Origin: Bacteroidales bacterium
GTDB taxonomy: Bacteria > Bacteroidota > Bacteroidia > Bacteroidales > JAADJA01
Direction of reading: 5' to 3'
Assembly (NCBI GenBank): GCA_041393275.1
Contig: JAWKKL010000001.1
Coordinates: 65,927-129,926 of the forward strand
Length of the DNA stretch: 64,000 nt
The notes beneath the pieces were generated by a model. It did not search any database, was not told the origin of the DNA, and worked only from the letters and a program-made list of their open reading frames with translations. The translations under genes were made by a program, and so were the position numbers. Of the stretch, positions 21,029 to 31,998 are shown one piece after another; position 1 is the stretch's first letter; each line of letters begins with the position of its first letter.

Positions 21029-22657
21029 ATGTTAAAAGTCAGCTATTTAGTTATTGCTTTAGGATTGATAATTGCAAACTCACTTGTCGCCCAGGTTGAT
21101 AAATCAGACTGGGTAGGCGGTTTTCCGGATGGTTGCACCTCCATCACGGTTGGAAAGGGCGCCAGCGTTGATGGCTCCGTCATTACATCCCATACTGATG
21201 ATAGCCACCGTACACGCTCCTGGATTGATATTCAACCGGCCAAAACGCATGAAAAGGTTGCCACCACAACCATGTATAAAAGAGTAGCAAGCGATTCTCT
21301 TGTTATGCCTACGTATGCTCATATTCCCATAGGAGAAATTCCACAGGTTGAAAACACCTATGGTTTTATTAACACCGCCTATCCCTGTATGAATGAAAAA
21401 CAGCTGGCCATTGGCGAATCTACCTTTGGAGGCCGGGAAGAACTTCAATCGGACAAAGGCCTGATTGATTGTCAAAGGCTTTGCCAGCTTATGCTGGAAC
21501 GTTGTACCACGGCCCGTGATGCCATAAGATTGGCTGACGAGCTAACTAAAAAATACGGTTGGAACGATGCGGGTGAATGTTTGACCATTGCCGATAAAAA
21601 AGAGGTCTGGCATTTTGAAATTCTTGGTTCTGGTAAAGACAAAGTGGGCGCAGTCTGGGCTGCCCAGCGTGTCCCGGATGATCATGTCGGTGTTAATGCT
21701 AATGCAAGCACCATCAAAGAAATTGACTTAAAGAATGCCGATTATTTTATGGCTTCTGAGAATATTTTTGATGTTGCTATTGAAAATGGCTATTGGAAAA
21801 GGGGCGAGAATTTTTCATTTTGTTATGTATATGCACCTCATAGCCGGGAGTCTGTTGCATCAAGACGCCGGGAGTGGCGGGTGTTTGATTTGCTTGCCCC
21901 ATCACTGAATTTACACCCGGATGATAAGGATTATCCTTTTTCAGTTAAGCCCGACAAACAAGTCAGTCTTTCGGATCTGGTATCTGCTTTTAAAGATTAT
22001 TACGAAGGTACTCCTTATGATATGACCCGACTGATAACCGATACGGATGAAGAAGGAAAAACTCAGATTTCCCCGCTGGCAAACCCGTTTTTGCCTTATG
22101 ATCAATTGAACATTCAAAATGTAAATGGAGGATGGTATAGTGTAAATAAAGAAAGTGGTGAAATTCGTTTTCTTGGCGAACGAACAATTGCCCGATGGTA
22201 TACGATGTATGCCACTATCATACAATGCCGCGACTGGCTGCCTGATGAGATAGGTGGTTTGGTTTGGCTTGCCATGGACAATGTGGCAACCTCCATCTAT
22301 GTCCCTGTCTATTGTTCCGTTACAGATTTACCAGAACCATACAAAACACCTGGCCGGCCAAACGGGTATACCACCAAATCGGCCTGGTGGGCATTTAACC
22401 GTTTAGGAACATTAACTGCCCAGCGATGGGGTGATATGCGAAAAGATGTAAATGAAGTATTCAATCCGTGGCAAAAAGAATTATTCGATAATCAAAAAGC
22501 GTTTGAAGCCAAAATCCTTGAAATGTATACTGCCGAAAACCCAGGTGAAACCAGGCAGCATCTTACCAAATATACGTTTGAATGGGGAAATAAAGTAGTA
22601 AGTAAAGCATGGGAATTAGGAGATTATTTATGGACCAAATATGATGAGAAGTTTTAG
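21029..22657 (+). CDS. Secreted C69-family dipeptidase
   Basis: Signal peptide, then GCTSITVGKGASVDGSVITSHTDD (N-terminal Cys nucleophile context of peptidase C69). Confidence 0.8.
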   Translation: MLKVSYLVIALGLIIANSLVAQVDKSDWVGGFPDGCTSITVGKGASVDGSVITSHTDDSHRTRSWIDIQPAKTHEKVATTTMYKRVASDSLVMPTYAHIPIGEIPQVENTYGFINTAYPCMNEKQLAIGESTFGGREELQSDKGLIDCQRLCQLMLERCTTARDAIRLADELTKKYGWNDAGECLTIADKKEVWHFEILGSGKDKVGAVWAAQRVPDDHVGVNANASTIKEIDLKNADYFMASENIFDVAIENGYWKRGENFSFCYVYAPHSRESVASRRREWRVFDLLAPSLNLHPDDKDYPFSVKPDKQVSLSDLVSAFKDYYEGTPYDMTRLITDTDEEGKTQISPLANPFLPYDQLNIQNVNGGWYSVNKESGEIRFLGERTIARWYTMYATIIQCRDWLPDEIGGLVWLAMDNVATSIYVPVYCSVTDLPEPYKTPGRPNGYTTKSAWWAFNRLGTLTAQRWGDMRKDVNEVFNPWQKELFDNQKAFEAKILEMYTAENPGETRQHLTKYTFEWGNKVVSKAWELGDYLWTKYDEKF

Positions 22658-22742
22658 GAAAATTTAATTTATTGAAATAAACAGGAAATCATTTCGTCGA
22701 TAAGATTGTTATATGGTTCATTTTTAAAATTGATTCTCTATT

Positions 22743-23897
22743 ATGCGCAATATCCAGTTTATTATTTTCTTTTCCATCGTATTCAGTATATTCTTTCTAT
22801 TAAGTTATTATATCTATTCAAGGGGGATTCAGGCATTTCCATCGGGAACAAATGGAAGAACGTGGTTTAAATCTGTTTTTATTTTTCTTTCCCTCGCCTA
22901 TCCTGCCGCCCGTTTTTTGGAAAGGCTTTGGATATCACCGGTGTCCGACTTATTGACATGGATAGGCTCATTCTGGCTGGCAGTATTTTTTTATTTTCTT
23001 CTTATTGTTTTGGTAATAGACTTGGTTCGACTTGCAAACTATATAATCCCATTTCTTCCTGAATATGTATCAACATTTGCTTTTAAAAGACAATTTTTTA
23101 TCGTCGTAAGCAGTGCTGTAGGATTATTAATTTTAGTAGGGTTTATCAACAGCATTTCTCCCCGCATTAAAAAACTTGACCTTGAGATTGACAAACAGGT
23201 TAATGGAATGAAAGAACTTACCATTGCATTTGCTTCCGATATCCATCTTGGCACATTGATCGGGCCGCGACGTACGAATCAGATTGTCAAAAAAATAAAC
23301 TCGCTGAACGCCGATTTGATATTGTTGGGCGGCGATATTGTGGATGAAGTCTTAGGCCCTGTCATCCGAAATAACCTTGGCGACTCTTTAAAGAAGCTTC
23401 ACGCACCTTTAGGGGTCGTTGGTATCACTGGCAACCATGAATACATTGGGGGCGCTGAAGCGGCTGTAAAATACCTTACAGAGCATGGCATTAAAATGAT
23501 CAGGGATTCTTTCTTGCTGATAGATGATAAATTTTACATCCTGGGCCGGGAAGACCGCGACAGGCCAAGATTTTCAGGCAACGGTCGAAAAAAAATCAGC
23601 GAATTAATGAAAGGTGTTGACACTTCAAAACCTATTATTTTGCTAGACCATCAACCTTTCGAATTAGATGAAAAAGAAAAACAGGGCATTGACCTGACTT
23701 TGTCCGGGCATACACATCATGGGCAATTGTGGCCGTTAAACTATATTACAAAGGCGATTTACGAAGTAAGCTGGGGATACAAACAAAAAGGGAAAACCAA
23801 TGTGTACGTTTCCTCAGGGGTTGGTGGCTGGGGGCCACCGGTGAGAATTGGCAACCGGCCTGAAGTAGTTTATATCCGAATAAAATTCAAACAATAA
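22743..23897 (+). CDS. Membrane-anchored metallophosphoesterase (YkuE-like)
   Basis: N-terminal TM helices. Motifs ASDIHLG, GGDIVDE, GNHEY and LSGHTHHGQ. Confidence 0.8.
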   Translation: MRNIQFIIFFSIVFSIFFLLSYYIYSRGIQAFPSGTNGRTWFKSVFIFLSLAYPAARFLERLWISPVSDLLTWIGSFWLAVFFYFLLIVLVIDLVRLANYIIPFLPEYVSTFAFKRQFFIVVSSAVGLLILVGFINSISPRIKKLDLEIDKQVNGMKELTIAFASDIHLGTLIGPRRTNQIVKKINSLNADLILLGGDIVDEVLGPVIRNNLGDSLKKLHAPLGVVGITGNHEYIGGAEAAVKYLTEHGIKMIRDSFLLIDDKFYILGREDRDRPRFSGNGRKKISELMKGVDTSKPIILLDHQPFELDEKEKQGIDLTLSGHTHHGQLWPLNYITKAIYEVSWGYKQKGKTNVYVSSGVGGWGPPVRIGNRPEVVYIRIKFKQ

Positions 23898-23942
23898 ACC
23901 ATCCTGAAATTACTATTTTTGCGGATATAAAGAGCCTTCAAT

Positions 23943-25538
23943 ATGTTTAAGAAAATTCCGCATACTTACGTCATCATTTTTTGGGCAATTATTTTTGCAG
24001 CCATCCTTACATGGTTCATTCCGGGTGGTGAATATAACCGTGAATCGAAGATGGTAAATGGTGTTGAAAGGACAGTCATTGATAAAGATTCGTTTCATTA
24101 CACCGAAAGCCATGCCCAGACCTGGCAGGTTTTTTCTGCCTTGTTCACCGGATTTGAGCGACAGGCCGGCATTATTGTCCTCATCCTGATGATCGGCGGG
24201 GGCTTCTGGATCATGAATGCCAGCAAATCAATTGATGTTGGAATTTTTGCCTTTTTAAAATTTACAAAACGGCTTGAACACATGAAATTTTTTAAAGTTC
24301 TGGGCGTAAACAATATGATCATTATTTTGGTGATGGTACTCTTTAGCCTTTTTGGAGCCGTTTTTGGCATGAGTGAAGAAACCATTGCTTTTGTCATTAT
24401 CATTGTCCCCCTGGCCATTTCCATGGGATACGACTCCATTGTTGGGGTGAGTATGGTATATGTTGCGGCCCATCTTGGATTTGCGGCGGCTGTTTTAAAT
24501 CCTTTTACCATTGGCATTGCCCAGGGAATCGCCAACCTTCCGCTTTTTTCCGGCCTTGAATACAGAATATTCTGCTGGTTTGTTCTCAATACGATTGGTA
24601 TAGCCTGGGTTCTTTGGTATGCGAAAAGGGTGAAAGAAAAGCCCGAACATTCGCCCATGTATAAAATTGATGAATACTGGCGAAAAAGGGGAACTGCTGA
24701 GATAGAAAACATCGTATACGTTACTTCCAAAATGGCCTGGTTTATCTATGGATTTATCTTGATTGCCCTGGCGATATTTTCGTGGATTTATCCTCAGACG
24801 GAAATGAAAATCGGGAACTCTTCTACTATTTTTCCAGCTGTTCCCATTACAACAATTTTGTTTGGGCTAACAGGAATTCCTGCGTTGCTTAAATCGGGCC
24901 ATTATTTTGTACTCAATTTATTAGCATTTACTATCGTTTTTCTGGTTATCGGAGTAATGGGCTATAGTTGGTATCTGATGGAAATTGCCTCACTCTTTTT
25001 TGCCATGGGCATATTTTCAGGTCTGGCCATGAATTACGGAGGCAACCATATTACAAAGTTATTTATCGAGGGAAGTAAAGATATCTTGTCTGCGGCCCTT
25101 GTGGTTGGCCTGGCGGGTGGAATATTAGTTGTGTTAGAAAACGGAAGGATCATAGACACCATTTTGTTCAGTGTTTCAAATTCGATGGAGGGTATGGGGA
25201 AAACCGGTTCAATTAGTATCATGTATGCCATTCAGACGTTAATCAATATCATCATTCCATCGGGTTCAGCTAAAGCTGCACTCACCATGCCGGTGATGGC
25301 CCCTTTTTCAGATCTGGTTGGGCTTTCAAGGCAAGCCACGGTCATGGCTTTTCAGTTTGGTGACGGTTTTACCAATATGATTACCCCAACCTCCGGTGTG
25401 TTGATCGGTGCTCTGGGAATTGCTAAAATCCCATATGATAAATGGGTAAAATGGATACTTCCGTTTATGGCCATTTTAATTATTATGGGATGGCTACTCC
25501 TGCTTCCCACTGTTTTCTTAGACTTGAACGGTTTTTAA
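23943..25538 (+). CDS. YfcC/DcuC-like anion/amino-acid transporter family protein
   Basis: 531 aa polytopic membrane protein. The N-terminus KIPHTYVIIFWAIIFAAILTWFIPGGEY is typical of the YfcC family. Confidence 0.7.
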   Translation: MFKKIPHTYVIIFWAIIFAAILTWFIPGGEYNRESKMVNGVERTVIDKDSFHYTESHAQTWQVFSALFTGFERQAGIIVLILMIGGGFWIMNASKSIDVGIFAFLKFTKRLEHMKFFKVLGVNNMIIILVMVLFSLFGAVFGMSEETIAFVIIIVPLAISMGYDSIVGVSMVYVAAHLGFAAAVLNPFTIGIAQGIANLPLFSGLEYRIFCWFVLNTIGIAWVLWYAKRVKEKPEHSPMYKIDEYWRKRGTAEIENIVYVTSKMAWFIYGFILIALAIFSWIYPQTEMKIGNSSTIFPAVPITTILFGLTGIPALLKSGHYFVLNLLAFTIVFLVIGVMGYSWYLMEIASLFFAMGIFSGLAMNYGGNHITKLFIEGSKDILSAALVVGLAGGILVVLENGRIIDTILFSVSNSMEGMGKTGSISIMYAIQTLINIIIPSGSAKAALTMPVMAPFSDLVGLSRQATVMAFQFGDGFTNMITPTSGVLIGALGIAKIPYDKWVKWILPFMAILIIMGWLLLLPTVFLDLNGF

Positions 25539-25594
25539 TAAGCGACATTTTTTTTTAGAGTTGAACCAATTCCTGATAGTTTGGTTTATAATGC

Positions 25595-26671
25595 ATGTTT
25601 TTACACAACCGAATCAACAAAGAAGAGCTTAAACGGCAACTGATGGAAGAGCCTTTTAAGCGCAGGACAATTTCCTTCTATCGTTATGTGATCATCGAAA
25701 ATCCTCATGAATTTCGGGACAGGCTTTATGAAGCCTGGTTTAAGCTGGATTGTTTTGGACGCATATACATTGCCCGTGAGGGAATTAATGCCCAAATGAG
25801 TATTCCTGAAAATCAGCTTGAAGATTTTTTGAAAGAGCTTGATCAAATCACCGAACTTAAAAACATGCCAATAAAATATGCCATTGAAGATGATGGGAAA
25901 TCCTTTTATAAACTGACCATAAAAGTAAGGCCGAAAATTGTTGCTGATGGACTTGATGACAATACCTTTGATGTAACAGATGTCGGGAAACACCTTTCTG
26001 CCCTTGATTTTCATGAGCAGGTTCAAAAACCGGATACGATTGTCGTGGATATGCGTAACCATTACGAAAGTGAAATTGGGCACTTTGAAGGCGCTATTTG
26101 TCCGGATGCTGATACATTCAGGGATGAAATTCAAATGGTGGTAAAAGACCTTGAAGATAAAAAGGATCAAAAAATCCTTTTGTATTGTACAGGTGGTATC
26201 CGTTGTGAAAAAGCCAGTGCCTATTTACGGCATCACGGCTTTAAAGATGTATCCCAATTGCATGGCGGCATCATCGAATATGCCCAGCAAATCAAAAAGC
26301 TTGGGATAGAGTCAATATTTATTGGAAAAAACTTTGTGTTTGACGAACGCCTGGGAGAATCAGTAAACGGACAGGTAATAAGCCATTGTCATCAATGTGG
26401 AAAAACTTCCGATGCTCATACAAATTGTGCGAATGCGGCCTGTCATCTGCTTTTTATTCAATGTGAGGACTGTAGTAAAACTTACGATGGTTGTTGTTCC
26501 AGCGAATGTAAAGAAATTCTAACTTTGCCCATTGAAAAACAAAAGGAAATCAGGGTTCAGATGCAGGAAAAGTATGCTCAAAACAAAATATTCAAAAGCC
26601 GACTAAGGCCTGAGCTTAAAAATCAATTTCATGCATTGACCGGGATTTCAGAGGCAATAAATGGCAACTAG
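25595..26671 (+). CDS. trhO: Rhodanese-domain tRNA uridine(34) hydroxylase (UPF0176/YceA family)
   Basis: ISFYRYV...EGINAQMS. Rhodanese active loop [17 protein letters not shown]. Cys-rich C-terminal tail. Confidence 0.75.
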   Translation: MFLHNRINKEELKRQLMEEPFKRRTISFYRYVIIENPHEFRDRLYEAWFKLDCFGRIYIAREGINAQMSIPENQLEDFLKELDQITELKNMPIKYAIEDDGKSFYKLTIKVRPKIVADGLDDNTFDVTDVGKHLSALDFHEQVQKPDTIVVDMRNHYESEIGHFEGAICPDADTFRDEIQMVVKDLEDKKDQKILLYCTGGIRCEKASAYLRHHGFKDVSQLHGGIIEYAQQIKKLGIESIFIGKNFVFDERLGESVNGQVISHCHQCGKTSDAHTNCANAACHLLFIQCEDCSKTYDGCCSSECKEILTLPIEKQKEIRVQMQEKYAQNKIFKSRLRPELKNQFHALTGISEAINGN

Positions 26672-27659
26672 TTTCTGGCACAATTTTAATAAACCGGTAT
26701 TTACATTAGCCCCCATGGAGGATGTAACGGATACCGTATTTCGTGAGATTGTACTTGGAATTTCTGATCCCGAATGTTTACACGTACTTTTTAGCGAATT
26801 TATGTCAACCCATGGATTTGTTCATGCTATTGGAGGTCCCCGGGTTAAACACCGGATACAGATCAATCCTTCTGAATTAGAATTACTAAAGAAGACCGGG
26901 GTGAAAATTGTCGCCCAGATCTGGGGGACAGATCCGGAAAAGTTCGCTCAGACAGCCAGCGAAATTTGTAATGATGGTCATTTTGATGGCATTGATATAA
27001 ACATGGGATGCCCCGTTCGGAAAATCGTCAAACAAGGCGGTTGTTCTGCGCTCATTGGCCAACCTGAATTGGCTAAAGAAATAATTATTGCGACACAGGA
27101 AGCCTCCACTATTCCGGTAAGTATTAAAACAAGGGTAGGGCTTAAAAAAGTCATCACCGAAGAATGGATAAGCCATTTGCTGGAAACTGAACCTGTTCTT
27201 ATTACAATCCATGGCCGCATACAAACCCAACAATCGGAAGGGTTGGCCGATTGGAATGAAGTGGCTAAAGCGGTGAAGCTTCGGGATCGGATGGGCTCAA
27301 AAACACTTATTCACGGCAATGGCGATGTTATGTCGTATGAGGAGGGCCTCAACAAAGCAGCTGAATTTGGTGCAGACGGAATAATGATTGGCCGGGGAAT
27401 TTTTCAAGATCCCTGGTTCTTTAATAAAACAACCATTGAAAAAACACCCGAAGAACGGCTTCAATTATTATGGAAACATGCAACATTGTTTACCGAGACA
27501 TGGCAGGATGAAAAAAGTTTTGCCATTTTAAAACGCTTCTTTAAAATATATACTTCGGGTTTTCATGGAGCAGCAAATATCCGTGCTAAACTCATGGAAA
27601 CAAACTCTATGGATGAATTGAGAAATGTTTTAGAAGAATGTGATTTTTCTGTTTTCTAA
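26661..27659 (+). CDS. tRNA-dihydrouridine synthase family protein
   Basis: [34 protein letters not shown] and ITIHGR. It overlaps trhO by 11 nt. Confidence 0.8.
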   Translation: MATSFWHNFNKPVFTLAPMEDVTDTVFREIVLGISDPECLHVLFSEFMSTHGFVHAIGGPRVKHRIQINPSELELLKKTGVKIVAQIWGTDPEKFAQTASEICNDGHFDGIDINMGCPVRKIVKQGGCSALIGQPELAKEIIIATQEASTIPVSIKTRVGLKKVITEEWISHLLETEPVLITIHGRIQTQQSEGLADWNEVAKAVKLRDRMGSKTLIHGNGDVMSYEEGLNKAAEFGADGIMIGRGIFQDPWFFNKTTIEKTPEERLQLLWKHATLFTETWQDEKSFAILKRFFKIYTSGFHGAANIRAKLMETNSMDELRNVLEECDFSVF

Positions 27660-27815
27660 AAAACTTTTCAAATCGGATAGTAGCCAAACGACAGTATCAG
27701 TAATATTTTAACTGATGAAAATACCGGCTTTAGCTTAATGCTAAGGTTAGTGTCCATACCAACCAATTCTTTATAACCTCAATCAACAAAATAATAACCA
27801 AAGGTAAAATCAAAA

Positions 27816-27833
27816 AGCAGCCTTAAAGCTGCT
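27816..27833. terminator. Hairpin between the convergent dus and fabH genes, a probable (bidirectional) terminator
   Basis: AGCAGC-CTTAAA-GCTGCT. On the minus strand it is followed by TTTTTGATTTT. On the plus strand it is followed by ATGTTTTCT. Confidence 0.5.
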
Positions 27834-27864
27834 ATGTTTTCTACGTGTAGTCGCTATTCAAACG

Positions 27865-28866
27865 CTACTTCTTCCCATCGTAAGCCCATTTAAGGTAAAT
27901 AGAGCCCCACGTAAACCCGCCTCCAAAAGCGGCTAAAATTATATTATCCCCTTTTTTTAGCTTGTCCTCCCATTCGTATAGGCACATGGGGATTGTTCCA
28001 TTGGTGGTATTTCCGTACCGTTGAATATTGATCATTACCTTATCTCGATCGAGCCCCATTCTGCGGGCTGTTGCATCAATAATCCGCAGGTTGGCCTGAT
28101 GGGGAACGAGCCATGCAATGTCATCAGATCCCAGGTTATTTTTTTTCATGATCTCTACCGAAACATCTGCCATATTTGAAACTGCAAACTTAAACACGGC
28201 TTGTCCTTCCTGGTAAACATAATGCTCACGATTAGTCACCGTTTCGATGGATGCCGGCCTGACAGAGCCACCTGCTTTTTGGTGAAGATGAACACGTCCT
28301 GACCCATCTGAACGGGTAATTGAGTCTTGAATCCCCATACCATTTTCAGTCGGTTCAAGAAGAACGGCACCGGCTGCATCCCCAAAAATAACGCAAGTCT
28401 GGCGATCGGTATAATCAACAATGGATGACATTTTATCAGCGCCGACAACAATAATTTTGTTATAAGCTCCTGATTCAATATATTTAGATGCTGTAACCAG
28501 CGCATAAATAAACCCGGAACAAGCCGCATTCAAATCGAAACTAAAGGCATTTTTAATCCCGACTTTATCACTTATAATATTTGCTGTAGCAGGATACACC
28601 ATATCAGGGGATACGGTGGCACAAATGACAAGTTCTATTTCTTCAGGTTTGGTATTTGTTTTTGCCAGCAAGCCTTTGACTGCTTCAACCGCCATGTCGG
28701 AGGTCCCCAATCCTTCACCTTTTTGAATATGTCTTTCTTTTATTCCAGTTCTGGTGGTAATCCACTCGTCAGTGGTGTCAACCATTTTCTCGAGTTCGAT
28801 ATTTGTTAGGACGTAAGGAGGAACATATCCGTGAATTCCGGTTATCGCTGCTTTTATCGTTGCCAT
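27865..28866 (-). CDS. fabH: 3-oxoacyl-ACP synthase III
   Basis: 333 aa. The active-site Cys context is [11 protein letters not shown], with HQANLRII and GNTTNGTIP. Confidence 0.9.
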   Translation of the reverse strand: MATIKAAITGIHGYVPPYVLTNIELEKMVDTTDEWITTRTGIKERHIQKGEGLGTSDMAVEAVKGLLAKTNTKPEEIELVICATVSPDMVYPATANIISDKVGIKNAFSFDLNAACSGFIYALVTASKYIESGAYNKIIVVGADKMSSIVDYTDRQTCVIFGDAAGAVLLEPTENGMGIQDSITRSDGSGRVHLHQKAGGSVRPASIETVTNREHYVYQEGQAVFKFAVSNMADVSVEIMKKNNLGSDDIAWLVPHQANLRIIDATARRMGLDRDKVMINIQRYGNTTNGTIPMCLYEWEDKLKKGDNIILAAFGGGFTWGSIYLKWAYDGKK

Positions 28867-28903
28867 TAAATCAAAATTGTAATTAACATCGTCAAAAATA
28901 ACA

Positions 28904-29860
28904 CTATTTATTTTGGGTATGTTTGTGCATAGCTCGTTTAATCTTTTTTGTTAACCGGGCTTCATGTATATCTTTTGATAGCAGGATCATATTCATGATG
29001 GCTGTTGCGTTTGAAATTCCATGGCCAATGACTACAGAACCGTTAACCCCAAGAATAGGGCTTCCTCCATAATTTTCATAATTGAATTTCCGAATATAGT
29101 CATCCAGAAGATTCCTTTTTACCAACAAACGGTACATGGCTTCAATCTGCTTTAATACAATATTTCCTGTAAAACCGTCGCAAACAATGACATCTGCTTT
29201 ATCTTTAAATAAATCACGGCCTTCGATGTTGCCAAAAAAGTGGAAATCCTCAGAATCCTTCATCAAACGAAAGGCTGACTGGCATAATAAATTCCCCTTT
29301 TCCTCTTCTTCACCGATATTTAATAATCCAACTTTAGGGTTTTTAATATTTAAAACATTTTTTGAATAGATTGAACCAAGAATAGCAAACTGGTAAAGAA
29401 TATCAGGTTTAATGTCAGGATTGGTTCCGATGTCAAGCAAAACGTTCATTCCTCCACTTTCTTTTGGAACAACAGTAAGTGTGCAAGGCCTTATAACGCC
29501 CTGGATATTGTTTACACTGTACATGGCCCCAACCATCGTGGCGCCTGAATTACCGGCACTGGAAAAGGAATCAATCTGTTTCGTTTTAAGAAATCGGAAT
29601 CCTTTGGAAATACTTGAATCGGGTTTTTGGGTGTAGGCTTTAATGGGGCGTTCGCCCATGCCAATAATTTCCGGAGAATGAACAATTGTAAATAGTGACT
29701 TGTCGTATCCTTTTTCAGCAAGTTTATCTTCAATAATTTCCTGTGGCCCAAAAAGAAAAATCCTGTCATCAACTGACAATTTTTTTTGTGCAGACCATGC
29801 TCCCTCAATGGTGGCATCTGGAGCATAATCTCCACCCATTACATCAAGGCCAATTTTCAT
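28904..29860 (-). CDS. plsX: Phosphate acyltransferase PlsX
   Basis: 318 aa. [14 protein letters not shown] and [10 protein letters not shown]. Confidence 0.9.
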   Translation of the reverse strand: MKIGLDVMGGDYAPDATIEGAWSAQKKLSVDDRIFLFGPQEIIEDKLAEKGYDKSLFTIVHSPEIIGMGERPIKAYTQKPDSSISKGFRFLKTKQIDSFSSAGNSGATMVGAMYSVNNIQGVIRPCTLTVVPKESGGMNVLLDIGTNPDIKPDILYQFAILGSIYSKNVLNIKNPKVGLLNIGEEEEKGNLLCQSAFRLMKDSEDFHFFGNIEGRDLFKDKADVIVCDGFTGNIVLKQIEAMYRLLVKRNLLDDYIRKFNYENYGGSPILGVNGSVVIGHGISNATAIMNMILLSKDIHEARLTKKIKRAMHKHTQNK

Positions 29861-29898
29861 TAACAGAAATTAAGTTTCACTTAACGTATATTTGTGGT

Positions 29899-30090
29899 TT
29901 ATTCAGCCTCTGTTTTTGAATATACTAGTTTTCCTTTGTAATACAGGTCCCCATCAACATAATAACCCCTGTGATAACGGTGTACTTCACCGGTAGTCTG
30001 GCATTTAGCCAGGGTAGGAGCTTCTGCTTTATAATGGGTTCTCCTTTTGTCTCTTCTGGTTTTTGATATTTTTCTCTTCGGATGAGCCAT
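29899..30090 (-). CDS. rpmF: 50S ribosomal protein L32
   Basis: 63 aa. [19 protein letters not shown]. Confidence 0.9.
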   Translation of the reverse strand: MAHPKRKISKTRRDKRRTHYKAEAPTLAKCQTTGEVHRYHRGYYVDGDLYYKGKLVYSKTEAE

Positions 30091-30101
30091 TGTTGTAATA
30101 T

Positions 30102-30629
30102 TTAATTATTGTTATCTAATTTAAAATTTTTTAAAACTTCCCATCTGGGATCAATTTCCTTTTTTATAGTTGTTTGATGCAATATCGCTAATGTTTCTTT
30201 ATCACATAATAAGTTTCCCTTTTCATCTTTCCCATGAACTTTTTTAATAGGCAAGGATAAAATAATGAAATCAAAAATCACTTCTGAAATATCAATTTCG
30301 AATTCATTTTCAGGAATAATAAGGATTTCTTCGGATTCTTCTTTTCTTTCATGGCCAAGTTTAATATAGTAGTGTTCATGAATATTTGCCGGAATGATCA
30401 AATTGCCGAGGCAACGATCGCATTCCACTTCCAAGGTTCCGGTGATATTGAATTCCAGTGCAAACATTCGTTCTGTTTTATCCATTTCTAAATGAATTTG
30501 AAGCTGACAATTCAAAATATCCTCATTTTCAAACAACTCAAAGAACCGTTTTGTAATTACCCATTCAAATTGGTGGCTACCCAAATTTAATCCTTTAAAA
30601 GGAATTTTAAACGCTTTCAAATCTTTCAA
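30102..30629 (-). CDS. yceD: DUF177 (YceD-like) protein
   Basis: 175 aa. It sits in the conserved position upstream of rpmF-plsX-fabH and has a CDRCL motif. Confidence 0.7.
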   Translation of the reverse strand: MKDLKAFKIPFKGLNLGSHQFEWVITKRFFELFENEDILNCQLQIHLEMDKTERMFALEFNITGTLEVECDRCLGNLIIPANIHEHYYIKLGHERKEESEEILIIPENEFEIDISEVIFDFIILSLPIKKVHGKDEKGNLLCDKETLAILHQTTIKKEIDPRWEVLKNFKLDNNN

Positions 30630-30952
30630 CCTGTCTCCGTTTTAGGTAAACCAACAAGGTTTACAAAATTATATCCTGTGCTAATAACACAATGGATGTT
30701 AAATTAAACCCTTCTGATTCAACAAAGAATAAAGGGGTGCAAAGGTAAAAATATTTTTATGAATAGCAAACGAGCAAAATATTTTATAAATGGAGCAACC
30801 CGACATATAAATTTGGTGTTTTATCATAGCTAAACAACACATAATCAGTGACAATGAGTAAAAATCACCTTTTCAAATCAATTTAGAATTTCTTTGAATG
30901 TTTACAAGCGAATGTAAATGAGATTTAAATCTCAACAAGAAAATAGCAAAGA

Positions 30953-31998
30953 ATGTTTGAAGGTTTTGATATATTGAAATTGTTGGCCGGTCCTGGAATT
31001 TTTATGTCTGAGATGTCTTTAATGGAAGAATCCAAAAAAAACTTTCAGGATGGGCTTTAAAATGCTTGAACAGGTTTTATAGCACCGGCAAAATTAAATC
31101 TATATTTTCTGGAATATTAACGACCTCTATTCTTCAGAGTAGTTTTGCGGTATCGTTAATGGTGCTTGTTTTTGTGGGGGCGGGCATCATGACAATGGAA
31201 AATGCCATTGGGGTTATACTTGGCTCTAATATCGGAACTACTGTTACTGCATGGATAGTGGCTACAATTTGTTTTAAGGTAAAAATTGAAAGTTTTGCCC
31301 TGCCCTTTGTGGAACTCTCTTTCCATATCACAAGTCAAATGCATAGCTATAATGAGGCCAAATGCTTGGAGTTGGTTGATAACGAACTCGCAGTTAAAAT
31401 ACTTGAGAAAATGGATTTACATGATGTTGAATTAATTTTAAGACAGTGTAATGAGATTTTTAGCAACAATATGTTAAATGGCCTACCTGCGAAACCTGCA
31501 GCTTTATTAAAGGAAAAACTTTCTCATCCTGTTGATACTGTTGGTGCATTTATGACACCCATTTTATTAAGATTGCGAAAAGAAATTACCATTCAGGAAG
31601 CCATATCTACTAATATACGTGAAAAGGCAAACTTTTCTTCTCAGATTTTCCTGGTAGATGAAGAAGGGAAATTGGAGGGAGTTGTTAATATACACGACTT
31701 ATTGAGCCACGAAAGCACCGCAACTTTATCTTCCATAATGATTGTTGATTTTCCAAAATTTTTCGCTGATACAGATATTGCTTCCGTTGCCAATCATCCG
31801 GGATGGTACGATTTTCACGATATTCCGATAATTGATAGTTCCGAAAGGTTAATCGGTGCCTTACATTTTAAATCAACCCGGAAAGACAAACAAATTATGG
31901 ATGAAAAAGGAACAAATGAAATTATCGTTACCAGTAATGCACTGGGTGAATTGTACCGGATAGGCATGACTGGATTTTTACAAAGTGTAGGTAAATAG
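30953..31998 (+). pseudogene. Chimeric ORF: the N-terminal ~125 aa of a Na+/Pi-cotransporter (NptA family) is joined to an MgtE-N / CBS-pair module that has no membrane domain
   Basis: ATG 30953 gives MFEGFDILKLLAGPGIFMSEMSLMEESKK, then a frameshift in the A8 run at 31034-31041. SGILTTSILQSSFAVSLMVLVFVGAGIMTMENAIGVILGSNIGTTVTAWIVA is the first Na/Pi repeat. After ~31320 the sequence becomes MgtE-N-like (LAVKILEKMDLHDVELIL) followed by CBS-type sequence. Confidence 0.5.

Noticed and set aside
24098-24730. 210-aa antisense ORF inside yfcC. Similar long shadow ORFs occur at 25601-26170, 7656-8264, 44686-45243, 45412-45861, 53658-54152 and 31815-32216.
   Set aside because: Each lies entirely opposite or out of frame within a gene with strong family motifs. 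They have low-complexity or odd composition and no recognisable motifs, so they are typical shadow ORFs.
30630-30952. Possible Mg2+ riboswitch (M-box) or other leader RNA in the 320-nt spacer upstream of the nptA-remnant/mgtE genes
   Set aside because: I could not recognise conserved M-box sequence or convincing nested helices by eye. A covariance-model scan would be needed.
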